Assembly: GCA_002811645.1 (NCBI GenBank)
Contig: PDIP01000124.1
Coordinates: 1 to 39,873, forward strand
DNA: 39,873 nucleotides
Reading direction: 5' to 3'
Source of the DNA: Corallochytrium limacisporum Hawaii
Lineage: Eukaryota; Protista; Pluriformea
This document shows, piece after piece, positions 23,401-33,746 of the stretch. The position numbers were made by a program, and so were the translations under genes. Numbering within the stretch: position 1 is the stretch's first letter; every line of letters begins with the position of its first letter. Under the pieces are notes generated by a model, which saw only the letters and a program-made list of their open reading frames with translations, was not told the DNA's origin and made no database searches.

Positions 23401-26400
23401 ATTTTGAGCATGAACCAATGATATGACCGGATTGATCCCACTAGGTGCTCCTAACTGCTCTCCGGCGTTCTACTTATCTCTATCCCGTACTTTAGAAGAA
23501 AAACATACCCCCAAAGGTATTCCACGCATGCGATCGCATGTTCAGTTCTATCCGTACTTTCACAATAGTGACCACAGATCACATGAAGAGTGAGAGCAGC
23601 ATCCGATTCCTCGCTTTCAGTCTGGTGGGACGGGAGTAGACGTAGGGGATATATAAGCAACCCGGTAGGGGCCTCCAGGTCCCCGTTCTTCCCGGCCTGC
23701 AAACCGTCGGGACTCCCGCCCGGTTTTGCGGGCTTCTCCGATTTCTCAGTACTTTGAGTTCGGATCCTCTACCGCGTTATCTTGCCTCTGTCTCCTCTTC
23801 TCCCTAAATCTCCCCTTACCCCTCAGATTGTTTTGGAGGCCAGGGTGATTCCATTTTGGTGGTACAGTAATTATCGCAAACTCAAAATCTTACTATTACC
23901 GGTCAGTCACAGGGACATTTGGAGTAAGCGGGATAACAAGATTGCATTCGTCAGCTCTGGCCAATCAAATGCTTCAAAGGCGCCATGTGCTGGAGCTGGA
24001 GAGCGAAACGACTCCTCATACCGACCCTGTTTTGTAATTTTTGGCCCTATATACTTTCTACCGTTTGTTTGTGAGCAAAGGGGGGGGGGGGGTTGTCTTC
24101 GGCGCTGAATGCGAATCCTTTTTCCCCAGGTGGAACTATGGCTCAACAAAGAAGAAGTTTGAGGGAGAGCGATATAAAGCAACACCAGATTCAGGGGCAG
24201 TAGTTGACTTCACCGGGCAGCAATTGCGAGGAAGTGAACAGCTTGGCAGTCTAAGAATAGCCACGTCCGGAGGTGGGTCAAAACGCGGAGGAGCGCGCAA
24301 AGACGATGAAGCATAGGGGACTTATGAAGCAGACTACACAAGCCCGGAGGCGCCACGAAAGAATGAAACACTCATTCTATTCCCCTATGAAGATCCCTTC
24401 GTCAGCTCCATCGGAAGCATGTGGCAAATCCAGCGTATCAACATGCAGAATTCAGGTGTGTGGTATGCTTTGGGCGTCCACTAGCTGTTTGCATGTTTCT
24501 CGATGCTCCCTTCATCTCCTTCTTCTCCCTGCTTGGATGTTGGGTTCCTCGTGACCCGGTCACTGCGAGACGGACTACTTGTCTTCTGTCGATCGGAATG
24601 AATTTGGCAACCATTTTCAAGCCAAACACGGTACCCAAAGGCACACGAACAGTCCTGAATTGACATACTCTTGTGTTGAGTTCGGAAAGTAGCGCCACGT
24701 ATCCATGGGACAGCGCAGCGGAACTGAATGATGATAACCCAGCTAGTCACACGAGTATCGTCTTCGATTGATAATTGGCACATATCTGGGGCCCTTTCAC
24801 GATGGCAAACCATGGTCTATTCAAACACACAGAGCTATTTACCGCCAAAACAACTGCACATGAAAGATGGGTAGTTCTTCGAGCAATCAGAGTCGCCTCA
24901 CATGCTCTCGCCTATCTGCTCCATATGCACCAAATTTTCGGCAGTTCACATGCATAGTGGGGTGAACATATAATCCCAACGTCACATGCAATGTTCGAAC
25001 CTGCGGCTGAACCATGGCATCACAAAGCTTCGGTATCCACACGTGTGGAAGACACTCACGGGAGCCTTGGAAATGGTGGCGAGTGAATAAGCAAAGTCTC
25101 TGCCCGGTTCTGCCCGGGACCACATAGATGATGTCCCACCGAACCAGAAAAAGCCATTGCATGGTGCCGAAACCTCAAAGAGTCTGTATCAGTCGGGGTG
25201 AGGTTGTAACCTTGTTGTTTTGTCCGGGCCTCACTTTCCGGTCCCCCGCTGCGGCGACGCACGGTACAGTGGTACGCGAGTTGCCTGCATAGCCACAGCC
25301 AAAACTTCCCGCTCATTCCCCCCCCCTCCCCCCTTCTCCCCCAAAGTCCCCTACCTTCCCGTGGGGGGGGGTTCTTCTCGTCCAGTTTCCTGCGGAGCTT
25401 CAACACTTTTTTTTTCTTTTGCCATCCGTTCTTAAATCCCCGAATGTTTACTATTGAGAAACTACTACTTTGGTCAGGGTAGGGGCACTCTACCGGTTGT
25501 TTGCGCGCTAACTTTTCAAGGAGACGGGCACATTAACCCAGGTGACTCTAGCGTGGTCCCCCCCCCCCGGGAGGGCAATTAGGTCACTGTGCTCGCTCAC
25601 CCACCCACACACGCGCGCGCGAAATGAGAAGCCGGCGACTGACGGGTGATGGCAACTGCTCGGAATCTGTCTCAAACGGTTTGTAGTTCAAGCGTTGTCT
25701 ATTTCTATTCTGTTGCGCAAAGAAAACGGAACCAATGGCTCCAACATCCCCATGTTGAGCGCTAACCGTTCTGTGAACCAATGCGGCATCCTGATGCACA
25801 CCAGCACCAGTTGCAAATCGCTGAAAACGAAACCATGGCGTCTTGCTGGTGATGTGTCCCGAAACGTGTGCTACACCCAGGGATAATTAGGCTTTTGCTG
25901 TGTCTTTCTGACGGCAATTCAACAATCCGCTTGGTACCCAAATGCCTTGTTTCGTGATTGCGTGGGAGATTTCGGAAAATGTCTATGCATTGTCTATGAC
26001 AATGGCGGTTGCTTCGACTGGCGTGCTCACTTGCTGGTGTCTCCGTTTCACAGGTCACACTACTACGGATTCATGGCATTCCCAGCCGTGAAGCAGACCA
26101 CTTTCTTTTCATGATAACTGTACTGAAAACTTAGACTCAATCGTTCATCCACAGCCAAATCCTCACCTACGATTGACCACAACTGCGCATCCCAGCCCCG
26201 GGCCTTAAGACCACCTGGTGCCGTCAGATGTCCACGTCCTTTAGAGCTCATGCAGGGCTATCGGATTTTTCATCAATATATTGAATATAGATAAGCTACT
26301 TCTTACGAATGGATGGAGGTATTGTGGGTCGGCGGTGCAGAGTGGCAGTTCCTTCGAGACGGTTTGTGGGTGGCCAGCCACCAAGTCCAGACTGCGCTCC

Positions 26401-26508
26401 GTTTATCCTTTCTTTTTTTTTCTGGGGTTGTTGGACCGTTGGAAGTTTTGACACCGGGCAGCGACTTGCTCGGCACAGAACTCTGGCCCCCAGGAAGTTC
26501 GCGAGAGC

Positions 26509-26539
<31 letters not shown>

Positions 26540-27520
26540 AGAGAGACGAGCAGCCTTTGTTGCCTTTCCTTTTCCTTTTAAAATTTTTTGGGGGGGGGAC
26601 CCAAAGGGGGGGGGCTGGTAAGGAACCGGAGACGAAGAGAAAGGGCGGTGGGGGGCGCGGGTGGGACACGCGAGTAGGGACTCTCCCGCACGGCGCAAGG
26701 CAAAAGGGAAAGATGACAAAAGGGAGAAACACAAGTTGGTGGAGCCACACACACACACACAAAGGTGGCGACAATAACTCAACGAGGCGGAGAATCGGCC
26801 AACAAGTAGGTGAGTTGGTAGTGTGGCTGTGATGATGTGTCTCATAGGGGACACAACTGGCTGGTGTTGTGGATGTTGGAAAAGAGTGTCGGTTCGAGGG
26901 GTGGTCTGTATATTGGGAGTTTTCCGAGAAGCCAGAGCGAAACACTCCGGGAAGAGAAAGCCTAGGGGGCGCACGGAGAGATTGCGCGATGATGACGATG
27001 GCCGTTCGCTATCTCTGAGTAGAGTGGGTGTTGCAGCAGTGTGTTTCTGATGTTCTTGGAAGAAACTAAGCAGTACCGGATCCCCATTCCCCCCTATGCT
27101 TTGACTGAGATCGGTGTTTATGCTTACGCGGGTGTGTTTCTTGTGTGCGATACGCGGATAGTCCTGTGCAGTGCCTACATTGTGAGCGAGAGAGTGAATA
27201 TATGTATGTGAGTGTGTGTGTGTGTGTGTGAAAGACGCCGCAGTTTGGCACACAGAGTCTGTTGATGTCTTGGGTTTGGAGGAAAGGCTCGTGATTCTAA
27301 AGATCCCCAGTCGATAGCCTCGGCAGATTTACAACGGCATTGAAGGCACTGTTCGAGAACAGACTCAGCGTTTACTGAGAAGAAGCAATGTTTGCGCGCC
27401 TGGTATTTGTAGGGCTTTGGGGATCAACTCTACTGCTACCTCAAACGTAGATCCCCAACAGTTTGAGGTTCGCAAACTGTGGTCTTAACCTTTAGTAGTG
27501 GTTTAACACATTCACAAACC

Positions 27521-29512
27521 ATGTCTCTCATTGATTTTATGCATTCGACCTTTCTGGTCCACGGCCTGCTTTACAACCTGGCCTTCGAGGACCCCGAGCA
27601 GGACCAGCTCCTCCTCAACGTTAAGAGCGACGATGTCTTGGCCATGATTACCACCGGTGGTTGCAACGTTCTCGACCGTGCTGTCGATGGTCCCAAGAAG
27701 ATCATCACCTGCGATCTGAACTTCCAGCAGAATCACCTCATGAGCTTGCGTCTCGCCTGTGCCCGCGTCATGACTTGGGAGGAGATGTTCGAGTGCTGGG
27801 GTAAGGGTAAGAGCGCGCCCCTTAAGAAGCGCTGGGCTGACGTTAAGCCCCACTTGAACCACACCAGCCAGGCCTACTGGGAAGGTCGCCTGCACTTTGT
27901 CGACAACTTCTTCCGCAAATCGAGCTCTGGCAAGCTGTTTTACATTTTCAAGGTATTCGCAATCTTGGTCGGCATCAATGGTTTGATCAACGGCATGTTC
28001 AAGGCTAAGTCTGTGGCCAAGCAACAGCAGCTCCTCTACTCTTACCGGTACCAGCTTGCCATCTTCTACTTCATCTGCGGTACTGTCCAGAAATATCTTG
28101 CTCCTTTCGGTGGTGTGCCCCAGCGCCAATACGATATGCTGACCTACAACGTCGCTGAGCGTGTGGTGAACCACGTCGGTAAAAACGTCGTTCTTGGACG
28201 TGATGCTCACATCTTCTACGCCTACTGGCATGGCCAGTACACAGTGGACTGCTGCCCTCGCTACCTTTCCAAGCAGGGCTTTGCTCAGCTCAAGGAGAAC
28301 CTCAACTCCGGTAAGACTGTTGTTGAGGTCTACGACGGTCTCATGCACGAGGTTCTGGACCGCGTCGTTGAGGACGGCGAACTGACCATTGCTATTCTGC
28401 TCGACCACATGGACTGGCTCGACGACAAAGACATTAACGAGGAATTCAAGGTTTTCGTGCGCAAGATGAACAAGGAGAAGGGCCGCATCATGTACCGCAC
28501 CGCCGCCACATCTCCGTACCCCCGTGCCTGCCTGTCTTGGCTTGAATATGACTACTCCCGTACCATGGAGGTTGACGAGCAACGTCCGTGTCAGCTGGGT
28601 ACCTACGGTCGCACTTTCTTGTGCCGGATCCCCAAGGAAATCACTACTGTCAAGGATCTCCGCGAGCAGTGCGGTACCATCTTTGTGCCTCAGACCACTG
28701 TGTCCCAGTCCACCGCTCTCATGCGCTCCACGTTTTGGTCGGATTTCCAGGCACTCAAGGCTAACTTCCTGACCTCCTTTGCCGGTGCCAAGAGCCACAA
28801 AGAGAAAATGGACCGCTTCTACGACCCCATTAAGTTCCAGTACGACGGTTTCCGCGAGCGCATGTTGCACGGTCGCCCCGTTCTCATGGGCAATCTTCCC
28901 AGTCAGCCCAAGGTCTGGTACGACATCGGCGGTGGTACTGCCCGCAACATTGAGTTCATCCCTGCCTCTGTTCTGAAGAACATGGACAAGATTGTGATCG
29001 TTGACATTTGCGAGCCCCTCCTTGAGGTTGCCCGCACCCGGGTCGAACAGATGGGTATTTCTGACAAGGTTGAACTTATCGCTGCTGATATCTGCGCTGC
29101 TGAGGAGAGCCAGCTGCTGAAGAACTTGCCCGAAGCTGACTTGATCACCTTCTCCTACTCTCTGACCATGATCCCCCAGTGGAAGAAGGCCATGCAGTGG
29201 GCCAATTCCAAGCTTTGCGATGGCGGTCGCATCGGTGTCACTGACTTCACAGTCCGCAAGCCCGTCGAGCAAACCGCACTGGGTCGCTGGTTCTGGACCA
29301 ACATGTTTGCTCAGGACAATGTCCACCTCACTTCCAAGCACCACGAGGTCCTGGAACAGTCCTTCCGCACTGAAACTCTTGAATTCGGTACCGGTGGTTT
29401 CCCTTACGTCCCAATGCTCTCTTGCTGGTGGTACGTCTACGTTGGCCAGAAGATTAGCAAGGGACAAACCAACCTGCCGGCTAACAGCAATCCCAGCATC
29501 CAGGCTGCTTAA
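27521..29512 (+). CDS. BTA1: Betaine lipid (DGTS) synthase, bifunctional fusion: N-terminal BtaA-like (DUF3419) plus C-terminal BtaB-like SAM methyltransferase, 663 aa from the ATG
   Basis: BtaA-like motifs YNLAFEDPEQD, ITTGGCNVL, DLNFQQNHL, PRYL, LLDHMDWL. BtaB-like motifs HKEKMDRFY..QYDGFRERMLHGR, WYDIGGGT, DLITFSYSLTMIP, GVTDF, FW..MFAQDNV. The ATG at 27521 (context aaaccATG) is preferred over the GTG at 27479. Confidence 0.9.
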   Translation: MSLIDFMHSTFLVHGLLYNLAFEDPEQDQLLLNVKSDDVLAMITTGGCNVLDRAVDGPKKIITCDLNFQQNHLMSLRLACARVMTWEEMFECWGKGKSAPLKKRWADVKPHLNHTSQAYWEGRLHFVDNFFRKSSSGKLFYIFKVFAILVGINGLINGMFKAKSVAKQQQLLYSYRYQLAIFYFICGTVQKYLAPFGGVPQRQYDMLTYNVAERVVNHVGKNVVLGRDAHIFYAYWHGQYTVDCCPRYLSKQGFAQLKENLNSGKTVVEVYDGLMHEVLDRVVEDGELTIAILLDHMDWLDDKDINEEFKVFVRKMNKEKGRIMYRTAATSPYPRACLSWLEYDYSRTMEVDEQRPCQLGTYGRTFLCRIPKEITTVKDLREQCGTIFVPQTTVSQSTALMRSTFWSDFQALKANFLTSFAGAKSHKEKMDRFYDPIKFQYDGFRERMLHGRPVLMGNLPSQPKVWYDIGGGTARNIEFIPASVLKNMDKIVIVDICEPLLEVARTRVEQMGISDKVELIAADICAAEESQLLKNLPEADLITFSYSLTMIPQWKKAMQWANSKLCDGGRIGVTDFTVRKPVEQTALGRWFWTNMFAQDNVHLTSKHHEVLEQSFRTETLEFGTGGFPYVPMLSCWWYVYVGQKISKGQTNLPANSNPSIQAA

Positions 29513-30647
29513 AGAAACTTGAATTGGCCCGATTTATTTAAAACATATAATCTGGAAAGACCATGCAACGACGTGTGAGACTTGGGATCATTCCGCGTCC
29601 CGGAAAGGAAGCAGCCAAGGGATCAATCAGGCCTCCTCAGTTGGGCACAGAGCACCTGAAACAGGAATCGAATGAGGGGCTCTGAATGCACGGACTGCAG
29701 TACACACTATGATTCACTGATTCCCGTTTCTCATGGTCTGAGTGAAGAACGGGTTCACAAACTGATGCAGCGGTCCGTTACCCATGTCGCATGTGCATCG
29801 GCTTTCAACATCATGCACTAGTCCTTTTATTATTTCAAACCTAGTAGACATCATAAAAAACTACCATATAACGTCCCGCTTCATAGAACGATTGAGATCC
29901 GTCCGCATGGCGATCCTGCTCCCAGCACCTTTGCGTGGGTGTGTGCCTTTCGTCCCCCTGTTGCTCTCTGACCTGGTGTCGTCCGGCCAGAATCCACAGT
30001 AAACCCGTCTAGGGAACTGATGAGGACTCGAACGGTTGGGAACATCAGACTTCCGGTGCCCTCGCGGTTCCGCATGGTGTCGTACTTATCCGATGCTCAT
30101 TTCATTTCAATCGATGCGTAAGGAATTCACGATGTATCATGGCCCGGGGATGGTCATCAAAAGTGTGCACATTGCAGGACAAAACCTAGCGCAGTTGCCG
30201 GCAGTTTTGCAGTTTTGTTAGTGAGATGGGCATCTGGTCCCAGACCCCATTTCCACCACTCACCGGACGCACCTGAAATTAGGCCCCGCCCCGTCCAAAG
30301 CGCTTCCCTTTAGTGGTTTTGCCCCGGTGTTTTTTCTTATGCGAGCGGTTTTTTTTTCCGTGTGGACCATGTCTGGACGCCTGGCCGGTGTCCCCACTGC
30401 CAACATTTTTGTCCTTGGCCTTGCACTCACCAGGGAAAGGGTCCCCGCTCTCCCGGTGTAAGAAGGGGCTCCCCCCCCCCCCCTTTCGTGCGTGGCATGG
30501 ACGAAACGGGGGTGTTGCCCTGTGGCAAGGTAGATGAAACTCCGGCGGAACTCCACGAAGGTCTGCTGGTGGGCCGGTGGGCGCACGGGTCTATTGTCTC
30601 TTTTAATGTTTTGCCGTGTAATCGTAAGTGATACGTCCGCGGCACCA

Positions 30648-32525
30648 ATGATACTCGGACGACTGACTAAGGGTGTTCTGCCCTACCAGGCGATCACACG
30701 CAGTGCTACTGTCTCCGGCACTTCTGTTAGAGCCTCTGTGGCCCAAGCATCGGGGTCGTCCCTCGGCATTTATGGACGCCGTCAGTGGTACGACGATGAG
30801 GAACTCCACAACCGTGCCCGTGGACGTCGCCATCCGCGAGACATCCCGACTAATGGGTATCAGATCCTTGGCGACGCCATTTACAACCAGGGTACCGCCT
30901 TCAATCACAAGGAGCGTCGACGCATGGGTCTCCGCGGTCTATTACCGCCGCGCGTCCGCAACTGCGACGAGCAAGAGGCGGGCATCAAGGCAAAGCTGGA
31001 CGTCATGAGGAACCCTTTGAACAAGTACGCGTACCTGATGGGTTTGCAGGATCGTAACGAGGCTTTGTTTCACAAAGTGGTACTGCGGTACTTCAAGGAA
31101 GTGATGCCCATCATTTACACTCCCACTGTCGGTCTAGCTTGCCAACAGTACTCTCGCATTTTCCGCCGACCCCGCGGTTTGTATATCACTCCGCGTGACA
31201 AGGGTTTCATTCGGGACATTCTTGATAACTGGGTTGAGGCGAACGTGCGCGTGATTGTGGTCACGGACGGGGAACGCATCTTGGGTCTCGGTGACCTGGG
31301 CTGCCAAGGTATGGGTATCCCTGTCGGTAAATTGGCCCTGTACACGGGATGTGCCGGTATTGACCCCCAGACCTGCCTGCCTGTCGTCATTGACGTTGGA
31401 ACCAACAACGAAGAGATCCGCAATGACCCATTGTACATTGGCCTACCGCAAGAGCGCATACGAGGAAAGGAATATGAGGAATTGCTGGACGAGTTCATGG
31501 AAGCAGTCAAGCATGAGTACGGCCAGACCACCCTCGTGCAGTTCGAGGACTTCGGCTCTAATAATGCGTTCAAAATCCTTGATCGGTACCGCAATGACTA
31601 CTGCTGCTTCAACGACGACATTCAGGGCACCGCTGCCGTGTCCCTGGCCGGTCTATTCGGTTCCCAGAGGCTTACTGGAAACAACTTTGCTGACAACAAG
31701 TTCCTATTCTTTGGTGCGGCCCAGGCAGGCACGGGTATCGGTGAGTTAGTCGTGAACGCCTTGATGGCCGAAGGTCTGTCCGAAGAAGAGGCTCGCCTGC
31801 GGTGCTGGTTTGTTGATTCCAAAGGTCTAGTTGTGAAGAGCCGCTGGGACCAACTTCAGCCCCATAAGAAGCCATTTGCCCATGAGCACGAGGAAGTCAA
31901 GGGCCTGGAGAACATTATTGACACCCTGAAGCCGACAGCACTGATCGGCGTGAGTGGCCAGGGCCAGACCTTTACTGAGGACGTTATTAAGACCATGTGC
32001 AAGTACAACGAAAGGCCCATTATCTTTGCCCTGTCCAATCCCACTTCTCATGCCGAATGTACCGCCGAAGAGGCCATTAAGTGGTCTGATGGCAAGGCCG
32101 TGTTTGCCTGCGGATCACCCTTCGACACTGTGGAGTACAATGGCAAGAAGATTGAGCCAGGCCAGGGTAACAACGCGTACATCTTCCCAGGAGTGGGTCT
32201 GGCTGTCAGCGCCTGTGATCTGACCCGCGTCAATGATGAGATGTTCATGATCGCTGCCAAGACCCTCGCTGCTGCCTTGACGGAGAACGATTTGGCGGTC
32301 GAGCGCGTCTACCCGCCTCTGGACTCCATCCGCAGCATCTCCTTGAAGATTGCCACTGAGGTTGGCGTCTACGGTTTCAAGAATGGCCTGGCCGCAGAGA
32401 GCGAGGAGAACGAGTATCTCATCAGGCAAATGAACAAGCAAGGTGTGGATGTCATTCGCCACTACATTGAAAGTCAGATGTACCACCCTGACGATGTACG
32501 TCTGGGTAAGGTTGTCGCCCTCTAA
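30648..32525 (+). CDS. Malic enzyme (large eukaryotic type, probably NADP-dependent, probable mitochondrial presequence)
   Basis: PIIYTPTVG, VTDGERILGLGDLG, QFEDF, FNDDIQGT, DSKGL, FALSNPT, GQGNNAYIFPG. The N-terminus from ATG 30648 is Arg/Ser/Thr-rich and lacks acidic residues. Upstream in-frame ATGs exist at 30534 and 30606. Confidence 0.95.
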   Translation: MILGRLTKGVLPYQAITRSATVSGTSVRASVAQASGSSLGIYGRRQWYDDEELHNRARGRRHPRDIPTNGYQILGDAIYNQGTAFNHKERRRMGLRGLLPPRVRNCDEQEAGIKAKLDVMRNPLNKYAYLMGLQDRNEALFHKVVLRYFKEVMPIIYTPTVGLACQQYSRIFRRPRGLYITPRDKGFIRDILDNWVEANVRVIVVTDGERILGLGDLGCQGMGIPVGKLALYTGCAGIDPQTCLPVVIDVGTNNEEIRNDPLYIGLPQERIRGKEYEELLDEFMEAVKHEYGQTTLVQFEDFGSNNAFKILDRYRNDYCCFNDDIQGTAAVSLAGLFGSQRLTGNNFADNKFLFFGAAQAGTGIGELVVNALMAEGLSEEEARLRCWFVDSKGLVVKSRWDQLQPHKKPFAHEHEEVKGLENIIDTLKPTALIGVSGQGQTFTEDVIKTMCKYNERPIIFALSNPTSHAECTAEEAIKWSDGKAVFACGSPFDTVEYNGKKIEPGQGNNAYIFPGVGLAVSACDLTRVNDEMFMIAAKTLAAALTENDLAVERVYPPLDSIRSISLKIATEVGVYGFKNGLAAESEENEYLIRQMNKQGVDVIRHYIESQMYHPDDVRLGKVVAL

Positions 32526-32741
32526 GAGTCAACCACAACATAGCCACATCCATTCTCTTCATAACCCGTAGACAAGTCGACAGAAGAAAATCATAATTTC
32601 GTGCGTAAACAAAAAGTATTACATTCAAGAAAAAAAGTTTGAAGGCAAGTGTAGTTCTCTACAATTCTTTAAAACAAGACTGTGGGTGCTGAAGCTGGTT
32701 GTCATCTCATCACAGCCATAAAACCCTACGGCTTTGGTGAC

Positions 32742-33746
32742 TTAGTTGTGCTGGTTATCCTGTCCTTCGTACTCCCGTTCGTATTCAATTTCTACCCGAC
32801 CACGGCCACCACGGCGAGGCTTCTTTTTGGGCGCTCCGGCAGCGGGTTTCTTGCCCGCAGAACGCAGGGAAGCCTTGCGGCCTGCCACCTCCTTCTTGTC
32901 GTCGTCATCTGTCGCCTTGCGCTTCTTACTGTCATCCCCGTTAGTGAGTACCTTACCGTCTTCACCAGCCATGGTCGACAGCAACAGATCATCTCCCATG
33001 TCCTCGACATCGTCGCCTTCATCTTCGCTGTCACTGAGGTCGCTGACAAACTCACGGTCATCGTCTCCTGCTGCACCACTGTCGGCATACTCTCCCACGT
33101 CTTCGTAGGCGGCCTCGAACTCCTCATCTTCGTCCGCTTCGATTTGCTCCCGATCGTCCACACCTTCGAGTTCTTGGTCCAGAATGTTGTCAAAGGCTTC
33201 CTGGTTGAAATTGTAGATGTCACCGTATGTGCCTTCCTTCAAGCGATCCAGTAGTTCCTTTTCTATGGCCTTGTCAATGTTTGCGGCGCGCAGGGCCTTG
33301 CGTTCACGTCCCTTTTCGCGCTTCTCGACCTTCTTGTTGATTGTGACCAGTTCCTTGTCAGCCTTCAGTGCCAGCTTCCGCGCCCGAATCAACATCTGGA
33401 AGATCTTTGTGAAACGTTGCTTTGCCTTATGTACGATAAACTTGGGCCAGTAGACTAGTTCAGTGTCTATCCGCTCCAGGGCCTTTTCGTAGTTCTGACT
33501 CAGTTTGACCCGCTCCCACATGCGGTTCGGGGTGTGTGCTCGTTCAATAGTCTTCATGTACAGCCATATGACACCATCGTGTTCCCGCACAGTAGCGTAC
33601 CGCGAGTTTGCCAGGGGACAGGCCTGCCGACTGCACAAACCAGTCAGGTTATATTCATTGCGGCAGAAATTCCGTGTGGTTGTCTTTGTCTTGAAGGAGC
33701 AAAAGTGATTGTTGATCACCTGCCAAATGACCTCGTCGTTCTGCAT
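32742..33746 (-). CDS. MAK16: MAK16, 60S ribosome biogenesis factor, 334 aa
   Basis: [61 protein letters not shown], acidic tail, VEIEYE. Confidence 0.97.
   Translation of the reverse strand: MQNDEVIWQVINNHFCSFKTKTTTRNFCRNEYNLTGLCSRQACPLANSRYATVREHDGVIWLYMKTIERAHTPNRMWERVKLSQNYEKALERIDTELVYWPKFIVHKAKQRFTKIFQMLIRARKLALKADKELVTINKKVEKREKGRERKALRAANIDKAIEKELLDRLKEGTYGDIYNFNQEAFDNILDQELEGVDDREQIEADEDEEFEAAYEDVGEYADSGAAGDDDREFVSDLSDSEDEGDDVEDMGDDLLLSTMAGEDGKVLTNGDDSKKRKATDDDDKKEVAGRKASLRSAGKKPAAGAPKKKPRRGGRGRVEIEYEREYEGQDNQHN

Noticed and set aside
26989-27050. Possible C/D-box snoRNA (ATGATGA...CTGA...CTGA); a similar short case lies at 5304-5353
   Set aside because: There is no terminal stem and no recognisable antisense rRNA guide, and the lengths are marginal.
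26303-27253. 316-aa minus-strand ORF, and similarly 15719..16498, 10244..10825 and 22552..23157
   Set aside because: They have non-ATG starts and compositions dictated by homopolymer or microsatellite islands, with no coding-like codon bias or motifs.
27512-29467. 651-aa ORF on the minus strand
   Set aside because: It is the antisense shadow of BTA1, explained by codon bias that avoids TTA/CTA/TCA.
30001-30037. Hammerhead-ribozyme look-alike (GTC...CTGATGAG-GACT-CGAAC)
   Set aside because: It has GAAC rather than GAAA, no credible stem I and only a 1-bp stem II.
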